A stretch of 64,000 bases of DNA, taken from contig CAVVHE010000004.1 in NCBI GenBank assembly GCA_963748015.1, forward strand, positions 1,216,001 to 1,280,000, read 5' to 3'. Source of the stretch: Terriglobia bacterium (GTDB taxonomy: Bacteria; Acidobacteriota; Polarisedimenticolia; Polarisedimenticolales; JAIQFR01). The notes under the pieces are model-generated. The model ran no database searches. It saw nothing but the letters and a program-made list of their open reading frames with translations, and was not told the DNA's origin. Positions 8,564 to 17,600 of this stretch are shown in pieces. Numbering within the stretch: position 1 is the first letter of the stretch; each line of letters starts with the position of its first letter. The position numbers and the translations under genes are program-made.

Positions 8564-10064
8564 GACCGGAACGAGGCCAGGCGTGCGCGCTCGAGGACCG
8601 CGGCGCGCGGCCCGCGCCGCGGTCCTCGCCGTCGCGCTGTCCGCGTTCCTGATGCGCTGCTCGTCCGGCGGATCCCCTCCTCCCGCTCCGGCGCCGACAT
8701 GGGAAGCATCCATGGACGCCGCCGAGAAGGCCCACGCCGCGGGGCGGTTCGCCGAGGCGGAGAAAGCCTACGCCGCGGCGCTGCTCGAGGCCGAGCGCTT
8801 CGGACCGGAGGACCCGCGTCTCGCGAGGGCGCAGAGCGACATGGCCGTCCTGGCGGCCGACCTCGGACGGTACGCGGACTCGGAGCGGCTCCAGCGGCGC
8901 GCCCTGGCGATCCGGGAGAAGATCCTCGCTCCCGACGATCCCGCCGTCGCGGTCAGCCTCAACAATCTCGCCGACACGTTCCGCGCGCGCGGCAGGTACA
9001 AGGAGGCCGTTCCCGTCTACCAGCGCGCCCTCTCGATCCGGGAGAAGGCGCTCGGGCCCGAGAATCCCGAAATCGTCCCCGTCCTCGACAACCTCGCCGA
9101 GAGCTATCGCGCGCTCGGCGACCTCGGCTCCGCGGAAGCGCTGCTGATGCGGGCGGTGAAGATCGGCGAGAACGCGCGGGGGCCGGACCACCCGGACGTG
9201 GCGACGAGCCTGAACCTGCTGGCCGAGACCTACCGGACCGCGGGACGCGTCGCGGAGGCCGAGGCGCTCTACCGCCGCGCGATCGCGATCCGCGAGAAGG
9301 CGCTCGGGCCCGACCGTCCCGAGGTCGCGACCGTCCTCAACAACCTCGGGCTGCTCCTGATCGAGCAGGGGCGGCTGCGGGAGGCGAAGCCGCTTCTCGA
9401 GCGCGCCGTGGCGATCGGCGAGCGCGCGCTGGGCCCCGAGCACGCCGCGATCGCGTCGAGCCTCAACAACCTCGGCGCGGTCTATGGCGGGCTCGACCGG
9501 CCGGCCGAGGCCGAGACCCTCTACCGGCGCGCCCTGGCGATCGCGGAGAAGACCCACGGCCCGGACCATCCCGACCTGGCCGCGGGGCTCACGAACCTCG
9601 CCGGCGCGCTCGGCAGCCAGGGGAGGTTCGCGGAGGCGGAGCCTCTCTGCACCCGCGCGCTGGCCATCCTGGAGACTAGCCTCGGCCCCGACCACCCCAG
9701 GGTGGCGGCGTCCCTGAGCAACCTCGCGCAGATCCGCGAGGCGCTGGACAGGCCGGACCAGGCGGAGCCGCTGCTGAGGCGGGCTCTCGAGATCGGGGAG
9801 AAGGCTCACGGCCCCGAGGATCCCAGCCTGGCCGGCCCGCTCCTCGATCTGGCCGAGGTCCGGGCGATCCGCGGCGACGCCGCGGAGGCCGAGCGCCTCT
9901 TGAACCGCGCGCTCTCGAACGCGGGGCGTCCTCCGGGGGTCAGCCGCGGCACGCTGGCGGCCATCGTGGACACCTACGCGCAGCTCCTCCAGGACACCGG
10001 TCGCGCCGGGGAGGCCGCGAGGCTGCGCGCCCGCTTCGCGCCGATGCTAGAGGGGCCGCGTTGA
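8553..10064 (+). CDS. Exported TPR protein with about nine 42-aa (TPR_10/12-type) repeats, possibly a lipoprotein
   Basis: GGAGG RBS before GTG; hydrophobic leader ending LMRC-SSGG; recurring LGPDHP.VA.SLNNLA at a 126-nt period. Confidence 0.9.
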   Translation: MTVETGTRPGVRARGPRRAARAAVLAVALSAFLMRCSSGGSPPPAPAPTWEASMDAAEKAHAAGRFAEAEKAYAAALLEAERFGPEDPRLARAQSDMAVLAADLGRYADSERLQRRALAIREKILAPDDPAVAVSLNNLADTFRARGRYKEAVPVYQRALSIREKALGPENPEIVPVLDNLAESYRALGDLGSAEALLMRAVKIGENARGPDHPDVATSLNLLAETYRTAGRVAEAEALYRRAIAIREKALGPDRPEVATVLNNLGLLLIEQGRLREAKPLLERAVAIGERALGPEHAAIASSLNNLGAVYGGLDRPAEAETLYRRALAIAEKTHGPDHPDLAAGLTNLAGALGSQGRFAEAEPLCTRALAILETSLGPDHPRVAASLSNLAQIREALDRPDQAEPLLRRALEIGEKAHGPEDPSLAGPLLDLAEVRAIRGDAAEAERLLNRALSNAGRPPGVSRGTLAAIVDTYAQLLQDTGRAGEAARLRARFAPMLEGPR

Positions 10065-11746
10065 GCGAACGGGCCGCCTTGCCCGGCGACGCCGCCGGGC
10101 GCCGGTCGCGGGGACTCCTGCTTGCGATCCTCGTGGTCGCAGCCGCCGCGAGGCTCGCGCGGCCGGGCCACTCCCCTCCCGGCCTGCACGTGGACGCCGC
10201 GGCCAACGCGTGGAACGCGCAGTGCCTGCTCGAGACGGGGCGCGACTGGCACGGGAAGCCCTGGCCGGTCTTCTACAGCAAGGGGTTCGGCGAGAACCAG
10301 AGCACGCTGTACTACTACGCGCTGATGCCGTTCCAGGCCGTCCTCGGGATGTCGGCGGCGACGAGCTGCCTCCCGTCGGCGATCGCCGGGATCCTGTCGG
10401 TGCTGCTCATGTACGCGGTCGGGACGAGGCTCTTCGGCCGTCGCGTCGGCCTGCTCGCGGCGGCGCTCCTGGCGCTCGCGCCGTGGCACCTGCTGCTCGG
10501 CCGCTGGGGGCACGAGTCGGGGCTCGTCCCCCTCCTGACGCTGCTGCCGCTCTGGACGATGCTGCGCGCGGGGCTTCCCGTCGGCGGCGACGGCCGGGAG
10601 GTGCCGCGCGTCGTTCCTTCCCTGGCCGCCGGCCTGCTTCTCGGACTCTGCTGCTACGGCTATTACGCGATGCGCCTGTTCCTGCCGGCGCTACTCGTCG
10701 CCCTCGTCGCGGTGAACTGGCGCGGCTGGCGCGCGGCGGTGACGGACCGGGCCGGCCGCCGCGCCGTCCTCGCCTTCGGTCTCGGGCTCGCGGTCACGCT
10801 GGGGCCGCTCCTCTACCGGCACGTCGTGGATCCCGAGATCGCGAAGCGGGGCCGGGAGTTCCTGCTCTGGAGCGCGTCCGATCCCCTCTGGACGAGAGCG
10901 GGCAAGGTCGCCGCGAGGTATGCCGGGCATTTCGGCACCGACTTCCTGTTCTCCCGGGGGGACGTCTGGCCGCTGCACGCGCTGCCGGGATCCGGGCCGC
11001 TGCCCTGGTACGCGCTGCCCCTGCTCGTGCTCGGACTCGCGGCGGCGGCGCGCGAGGCGCGGGTCTCCTCCGCGGCCCGCCTGGTGATCGCGTGGACCGC
11101 GCTGTACCCGGTCGCGGACGCGCTGACCCGCCACCCGAGCCTTCACCTCCTGCGCAGCGCGCCGGGACTGGTCGGGCTCGCGCTCGTCGCGGCGGTCGGC
11201 GCGGACCGGACGTGGACCTTCCTCGCGAGCCGGAGCCGGCCGCTCGCGACGGCGGCGGCCGTCCTGCTCGCGCTGGCGGTCGCCGCGAGCGCGGGGCGAT
11301 TCGCGTACTCGTTCTTCGGCGACTACGACGCGAGGCGCGACGTCCGGCACTACTTCAACGCCGATCTCCTCGAGGCGAGCGCCTGGCTTCGCGCGCGGCT
11401 TCCCGAGGCGGACGCGGTGTTCGTCTCGTGCCGGGACTCGGCCGCGCTGAGCCAGCCGTTCGTCGTCGCGCTGGTCGGCCTCGGTTACGAGCCCGAGCAG
11501 TGGTTCAGCGATGCCAAGGACGTCACGCAGCGGCCCGATACCGACATCTACAGGCGCTTCGGCAAGGTCCGCTTCCTGTTCGACGAGTCGGACCTGCGCG
11601 CCGTGCGCGACCTCGAGAGCAACGGCCGTCCCGACCGCGCGATCTTCGTCCTGCGGCCGGGCGAGAGCGCGAAAGGCCGCCCGGTCCACGAGATTCGCTA
11701 CCCCGACGGGAGCATGGCGTTCCTGATCTACGAGGAGATCCTCTGA
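10061..11746 (+). CDS. ArnT/PMT-family (GT-C) membrane glycosyltransferase
   Basis: PPGLHVDAAANAWNA..LLETGRD..G..WP, ALAPWH, YGYYAMRLF, FLFSRGD, LLRS; TTGA overlap with the TPR gene. Confidence 0.85.
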   Translation: MSERAALPGDAAGRRSRGLLLAILVVAAAARLARPGHSPPGLHVDAAANAWNAQCLLETGRDWHGKPWPVFYSKGFGENQSTLYYYALMPFQAVLGMSAATSCLPSAIAGILSVLLMYAVGTRLFGRRVGLLAAALLALAPWHLLLGRWGHESGLVPLLTLLPLWTMLRAGLPVGGDGREVPRVVPSLAAGLLLGLCCYGYYAMRLFLPALLVALVAVNWRGWRAAVTDRAGRRAVLAFGLGLAVTLGPLLYRHVVDPEIAKRGREFLLWSASDPLWTRAGKVAARYAGHFGTDFLFSRGDVWPLHALPGSGPLPWYALPLLVLGLAAAAREARVSSAARLVIAWTALYPVADALTRHPSLHLLRSAPGLVGLALVAAVGADRTWTFLASRSRPLATAAAVLLALAVAASAGRFAYSFFGDYDARRDVRHYFNADLLEASAWLRARLPEADAVFVSCRDSAALSQPFVVALVGLGYEPEQWFSDAKDVTQRPDTDIYRRFGKVRFLFDESDLRAVRDLESNGRPDRAIFVLRPGESAKGRPVHEIRYPDGSMAFLIYEEIL

Positions 11747-11833
11747 CGCGCGCCGGAAACGGTCCGCGGGGCGGCGAAGGGGTAAACCGCTCCCGCACGA
11801 CCGCGACCTGACGGCTGGAACTCCTCGCCGAAT

Positions 11834-11909
11834 TGGTGAGCCGTGCTGGACTCGAACCAGCGACCCTCAGCTTAAAAGGCTGATGCTCTACCGACTGAGC
11901 TAACGGCCC
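11834..11909 (-). tRNA. tRNA-Lys(TTT)
   Basis: GGGCCGTTAGCTCAGTCGGTAGAGCA, anticodon loop CTTTTAA, GGTTCGAGTCC, encoded CCA. Confidence 0.97.
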
Positions 11910-11930
11910 ACGCGAGCGGAAGTCGCGCTA

Positions 11931-11939
11931 ATGATAGCA
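11931..11939 (-). promoter_or_regulatory. Extended -10 promoter of tRNA-Lys
   Basis: TGCTATCAT (TGn-TATCAT) about 22 nt upstream of the tRNA. Confidence 0.6.
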
Positions 11940-12085
11940 CTTCCGGCGGAGCCGTTCCTCGGGGCGTGGCGCGGGGTGATAAGCGCCACGAACCGGTTTC
12001 CCGCGAGCCCCGCCACCGTCGTTGCTCGCCGAGTCGTAAGGAAGGTCCGACGGTTACCCGGTTGGTAAACCGCTCGAATCCTGCT

Positions 12086-12793
12086 TTAGCGCCCCCGTGC
12101 GACGCGTGCGCCGGCGATGGCGTCGTAAATCGCGACGACCCACAGCACCGCCGAGGCGGTCACGAGAGCGATCGGTCCCCATCCGTCTCTCGCTGCCGCC
12201 GGCAGCGCGAGATCGGCCAGCGAGAGGATGCGTTGCCCCGGCGGGCTGACCGCGATCCAGGCCGCGGAGAGCGCCCACGTCGCTCCCAGGAATAACGCGC
12301 TCCTGAAACGGTGCCCGCCGAGCATTTGCCCCCATCCCGGCACGAGGAGCGATGCGAGGCCCGCGAGAAGTGGATGCGAGACCGAGGCGTCCGCCACCTC
12401 GCATCCTCGGCGGTGAGCCTGGACGACCCCGCCCAGATGGAGCGCGCCCGCGGCCACGAATGCGCTTGCGAGAGCGATGGCCGCCGCGTGACGCGTTACC
12501 CCGAGGAACTCGAGCGTTGGGATCAGGCGGTCCAACTCCGCGACGATGGCCCAGATCAGCGCCGCGAGAAATGCCGTGCCGCTGACGAAGAAGAGGCCGA
12601 GGCGGACCTCGCCGAGGAGCATCTGGCCTGCCCCGGGAAGCACCAACGACAGGCTTCCGGCGGCCGCGGGAACCGCAGAGCGTGGCCGGCTCGGGATGGG
12701 CCTCGGGCGCGCGCGCCGGATCTTCGGGGCGAAGGCTGGACGCGGCCGCGCTTCACCCGCCTCGCCGAGTTCGTAAACGTCGAGTTCTTCCAT
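12086..12793 (-). CDS. Hypothetical membrane protein with an internal two-fold repeat
   Basis: SLVLPGAGQMLLG and SLLVPGWGQMLGG each open a multi-TM unit. Confidence 0.75.
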   Translation of the reverse strand: MEELDVYELGEAGEARPRPAFAPKIRRARPRPIPSRPRSAVPAAAGSLSLVLPGAGQMLLGEVRLGLFFVSGTAFLAALIWAIVAELDRLIPTLEFLGVTRHAAAIALASAFVAAGALHLGGVVQAHRRGCEVADASVSHPLLAGLASLLVPGWGQMLGGHRFRSALFLGATWALSAAWIAVSPPGQRILSLADLALPAAARDGWGPIALVTASAVLWVVAIYDAIAGARVARGR

Positions 12794-12835
12794 CGCCGTA
12801 GGCTCCGTGGGCACAGGGCCAAGCAAGTCGTCACG

Positions 12836-14191
12836 CTACCCGAGCATGAGCACCTGCACGTCCCCCACGTGCGCGCCCGTCGTCCCGGTGACGACGAGGT
12901 CGCGAAGCGTCCGGAACAGTTCGTAACCATCGTGCTCCTCGAGAGCGGTCCCGATATCGAGTCCCGACTCCCGCGCCCGTCGCACCGTCTCGCCGGTCGC
13001 CAGGGCCCCGGCGGCGGGAACGGTGCCGTCGGTCCCGTCCGTGCCGACGGAGGCGAGGATCGCCGACGCGATCCCTTCGATCTCGAGCGCCCCCTGAAGG
13101 ACCAACTCCTGGTTCCTCGCGGCGCGGTCGTTCGGGCCGCCCTGTATGGTGGTCGCACCGGTCGCGATGACGCATTGAGGGGGAGTTTCGGACCGTCGCT
13201 TCCCGGCGAGGGACCGCGCCATCTCACCCAGCAGTCGTCCGACCTCTCGCGCGTCGCCGACAAGCTCGCTCGAGAGGACCTGGGATTCGTATCCCAGCCG
13301 TTCCGCCTCGTGCAGCGCCGCTTCGGCGACGGCCTTCGGCCCCGCCACCACGCGAGTCTCGATGCGGGAGAAGCACGGGTGTCCGGCTTTCGGCGTCTCC
13401 GCGATCTCGCCGGCCAGGCAACGCTCGAGATAACCCCGCACCGCGAGGGGAAGTTCGGTCCACACACCGTGGCGCCTCAAGATCGAACGCACTTCGCCGA
13501 TGCGCGTGGGGTCGGGAGACATCGGACCCGAGGCGACCAGGTCCGGGCGATCGCTCGCAACGTCGGAGACCGCGAGCACGAGCCCGCGCGCGCGTTCGCA
13601 GCGAAGCGCGAGTCCTCCGGCCTTGAGCCCGTCGAGACGCTTTCGGACGGCCGCGAGGTCGCTGCTCGGTGCACCGGCCCGGATGAGTTGGAGCGTCGCC
13701 TCGGCCACCTCCTCCACGCGCAGCCCTTCTTTCGGCAACGCGGCGACCGACGAGCCGCCCCCCGAGAGGAGCGCGAGGACGAGATCATCGGCCGAGGCGC
13801 CACCGACGATCTCGAGCGCCGCGACGCCCGCTTCGACGCTGCGCGCGTCCGGGACCGGATGACCCGAGACGAATCGCCGGATCGGCTCTGGCACGGCAGT
13901 CGGGTATCCCGGCGGGACCGCGATCATCCCTCCGGCGACGCGCCCGGCAAGGGCCTGAGAGGCGCCGCGAGCCATGGCGGCCGCCGCCTTGCCCAGCGCG
14001 ACGATCCACACGCGCCCATCGGCGGACAACGGGAGCGGCGCGGCTCGCAGCGAACAGGCCACGGCGGCTTCCGGGTCGACCGCGGAGACCGCACGAAAGA
14101 GAATCGTCTCGGCATGCTCGCGGAGATCGGATTCCGTCCGCCGGCCAAACGCAACCAGAGCGGCCTGCGCGCCCGCGTCCGACGACGCCAT
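12836..14191 (-). CDS. Class II glycerate kinase (MOFRL / DUF4147 family)
   Basis: ALGKAAAAMA, GHPVPD, LLSGGGSS, LKAGGLA, SDV...VASGP, RNQE, GTDGTDG, TGTTGAHVGD. Confidence 0.9.
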   Translation of the reverse strand: MASSDAGAQAALVAFGRRTESDLREHAETILFRAVSAVDPEAAVACSLRAAPLPLSADGRVWIVALGKAAAAMARGASQALAGRVAGGMIAVPPGYPTAVPEPIRRFVSGHPVPDARSVEAGVAALEIVGGASADDLVLALLSGGGSSVAALPKEGLRVEEVAEATLQLIRAGAPSSDLAAVRKRLDGLKAGGLALRCERARGLVLAVSDVASDRPDLVASGPMSPDPTRIGEVRSILRRHGVWTELPLAVRGYLERCLAGEIAETPKAGHPCFSRIETRVVAGPKAVAEAALHEAERLGYESQVLSSELVGDAREVGRLLGEMARSLAGKRRSETPPQCVIATGATTIQGGPNDRAARNQELVLQGALEIEGIASAILASVGTDGTDGTVPAAGALATGETVRRARESGLDIGTALEEHDGYELFRTLRDLVVTGTTGAHVGDVQVLMLG

Positions 14192-14352
14192 CCTGCGCCG
14201 GAGACCCCCGATGATCGCCAACGCCCCAACCTCCTGAGCATGCGATTCCATCGATGTCTTCCGCAAGATCCGCGCTCGCCGCGGACCCCGCCAGCAGTGC
14301 CTTTCCTGCCGGGGCGAGAACATTCTCGAAATGGGGCTTACGAGACGACGGC

Positions 14353-14612
14353 TCAGCGGGAGGCTCCAGGAGGACTCGGCGAGGTTCCGGCGGGCCCGAC
14401 CGTCCCCTGGTCGAGTAGCCACTGGTTCGCCTGCAGCGTTGTTCAAGTACGCGACGTCCAGGAGACCGAGAATCGTCGGACCACGCCGGGCGGCGACGCG
14501 CCGCGCCACCGGCGAGTCGAACTCGGGCGGGCCCGACAGGCCGAGGTAGCTCCTCGCATGCTCCACGCCCTCCCCCGGGTCCATCAGGTGGAGCCGGCCG
14601 AGCCAGCGGCCC
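14353..14612 (-). pseudogene. Collapsed relic of an LTA-synthase-family paralog
   Basis: Collinear fragments match 19086-19190 (99/105 nt), 18187-18232 and the C-terminus of the intact gene at 17927-19948. Confidence 0.8.
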
Positions 14613-14685
14613 ACGGTCGCTGAGGTCTCGGCAATCATGGCACTTCCGGTGGGGTCGCTTCGGATGGGTTCGCGCGAAACCCGCC

Positions 14686-17600
14686 TCAGGGTGGAGGCGC
14701 TTGGCCGTTCTTCCGGTCGCAAGTCAACGGTTCCTCGCTGGTCTGTGCGTCGCGCGTGGTCGGGGTCAGGTTGGAACCGCGTTCCGTCGGTGCTCCGCTC
14801 GAGTACGAGAAGGGGTCGACATTGCAGGTCGCACCGCCCGCCAGGAAGTAGAGCCCCGTCCCGGGCTGGACAATGCTGCCGTCGGTCACGGACGTGCCGA
14901 GCGTGTCGTTGAGGGCACACGCCAGCACGCTGGCCGCGAAGGACTTGTTGGCGCGGAGAGCGACGAGGTCGCCGCGGACGACGTCGGTCCAACCGCTCGC
15001 GCCCCAGGAGATTCTAACGGCCTGGTCCGGCTCGACGCCGCCGAGACCGCCGGTCTTGTTGATCGACAGCGGTCCGGTCCAGGTGAGGGTTCCGGTCGTC
15101 GGGCAACTGACGGAGACGGCAGTGCTCGCAGTTCCCGTACAGGCCGGGGCGGTCGAGCAGCGGACGGTCACGGTGTACGTCGTCGCCACCGTCGGCGCGT
15201 CGACGAAGCTGCCGATGTCGGACCAGCCCTGCACCGTCGTGCTGCCGGCCCAGAACTTGTACTGCAGCGTCCCGCCGATGCAGGTGTCCGCAACGGACCC
15301 GCTGGCGTCGAGGACGACCTGCTGACCCGGACCAGCGAGCGAGGCCGGGGTGGCCACGAGGCTCGCCGTGACGCTCGAGCAGTTGGCCGGGCACGCCGGC
15401 AGGCCGGTGTTGGCCACCGTGTCCGCGGAGACGGTGGCCGGTGTCGTCAAGGTGTTCGAGATCTGCACGTCGTCGATGTACCACCCGTCGTCGGTGGGCC
15501 GAGGGGCGAAGCTCGCGCCCAAGGCCGCGATCGCGTCCGGCGCGTCGCCGACTTTGATGGTGGAGACCAGGAACCGGATCCGAACGGCCCGCCCCTTGAA
15601 CCGGTCGAGGCTGAAGCGCGGCTCGACCCAGTTGCCGCGGTTGATCGAGCCCCGCATGCCGACCGGGTCGTCCGAAGCACGTATCGTGTTGCCCGCGATG
15701 TACGGGTTGCGCCAGTTGGTGTCCCCCTGTTGCGAGAAGACGAACTCCGGATAGCAGGTCGAGGACGGCCCGTAGAACCGGTTCGGATCGGCGGGGTCGA
15801 AGAAGCTGTCCTCGTCGTTGCCGTCGTCGATCGGGTCGAAGGTGCAATTGATGTAGTTGTTCGTCGGCTGCACATCGTAGAGATTGTGGTAGGGATAGAT
15901 CTTCTGCCAGATGCCTACCAGCGGGTTGATGCCGACGTCGGAGACCTGAAGCGCAACGACCGCGCGATCGGGGCCCTGGAGGTAGGGCGAGTTCAGCACC
16001 CGGAAATCCATGAGCGCGATCTGGTGTTTGAAGGACAGCTCCGCCTGCGCGCTGTACCCGAGGTACACCGGGTTGGCGAGCGCGAGAGCCTGCAACGCGG
16101 ACAGCGCCGTCGTGTCCTTGTCGGGATCCGTCGAGACCTTGTGCCTGCCCCAGTGTACCGACTGCGCGCCGACAAAGGCGCGTCCGCCGTCCGAGTTGGT
16201 CGTGGTGTGGACGTGCCAATCGAACGGGATGATGACTCCGTAGGAGAAGCCCGGGTAGCAGTATGTCTCTCCGAGGCCGTTCGAGTTCGCGTAGTCCGGG
16301 TCGCTGTACTGGCAGCGAGTGCCGTCGGCCAGGCGTGTCGAATGGACCGGGTCCGCCGCCGTGTACATCGAGTCCAGCGACATCGAGGTGAACGCACCGA
16401 AGTCGCCCGGGCCGCCGGTTCCCTCGAAGCTCTCGAGGAACGTGGTCGGGGCGCCGCCGCCGGTCACGTCGAGGTCGAGGTCTTGCGTGATCGACTGCAC
16501 GCCTTCGGCCGAATCGAACTGGTCCGCGGACAGCGTGACGTTGAACGTCGCCGAGATGTCGGTGATCTCCTGCCCGACCTGCCGATTGACCGACGAGGTC
16601 ACCTTCCAGACGAACGGCGTCGGGATCTCGAGGGCCGCGCCCGTCGGGAGAGACGGCAGGACGATGGACGGCTGGAGAATGCAGTCCACGGAAGGGCTGT
16701 TGCTGGCGAGGCGGGCGACGAGGTTGGTGAGGCTCTTCCCCGTCTTGTTGGAGACGGTGATGTACATGTTCACGGTCTCGTTCGTGTCGGCGAACGCGTC
16801 GGCATCGCCCTTGCCCGCGTCATTCGTGATCCGGCTGCTCTTCACGACCACCCTGCCGGTGGACACGTTGAGCGTGACGGCGGCCTGCACGAAGCCCCAC
16901 AGCGCCGGGTTCGGGTTGGGCTGGCAGGGCTGGCCGGTTCCGTCATCCGGGTCGTTGTACTGGAGGGTGGCGGTCGGCTGGGCCGTTCCCTCGCGCCGCA
17001 CGTAAAGCGTGCCGGGGGACGGGTAGGCGGAAGAAACGGGCAGGTTCCCCTTGAACACGTGGGAGCCGGAGCTCGTCTCGTTGAGGATCACCCACTCGCC
17101 CGCCGGCTCGGCGAGCGACGTCCCCCGGACGAACACGTCGCGGCGGCCGTCGTCGTCGCAATCCGTGCGGTCGATGCCCGCGTCGGTGTACATGCCGTTG
17201 TGGTTGCAGTCGTTGTTGCCCCCCGCCGGCTTGCCGGGCGAGTAATCGGTCACGGTGATGTCGATCCGCCCGAGGCTGCTGTAGCTCTGCGTGGTCGAGA
17301 GGTCGAGCGTCGCGCAGGACCCCGTGGCGCAGCTCGTCGTGGTGTCCTCGACGACCCGCACCTCCTTCCACTCGAGGACCATGTCGTCGATCGCGACGCC
17401 GTAGCCCTTGACCACCGTCGGGTAGCCGGGGATGGCCTCATTGACCATGTATCCCACGGCACCCCGCCAGTTGATGCCGTCGTCACCGTAGCTGTCCTCG
17501 AAGGTGAAGCACCGGCCGTCGATGGGTTGGATCCCCCGCTTCGCCGCCTGGTCGCCTGAGCCGGAATGCACTCGGGTCGGCATGACGTTCGCGGGCCACG

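Noticed and set aside
8790..9900. Periodic repeats as a CRISPR array
   Set aside because: They are degenerate in-frame 126-nt TPR coding repeats; no identical repeats with spacers and no cas genes.
11960..12075. Small hairpins upstream of tRNA-Lys as a riboswitch or ncRNA
   Set aside because: Short GC-rich stems with no recognisable aptamer consensus.
12836..14992. 718-aa ORF as a genuine extended glycerate kinase
   Set aside because: Kinase homology starts near 14191; the upstream part overlaps another gene and the LTA-synthase relic.
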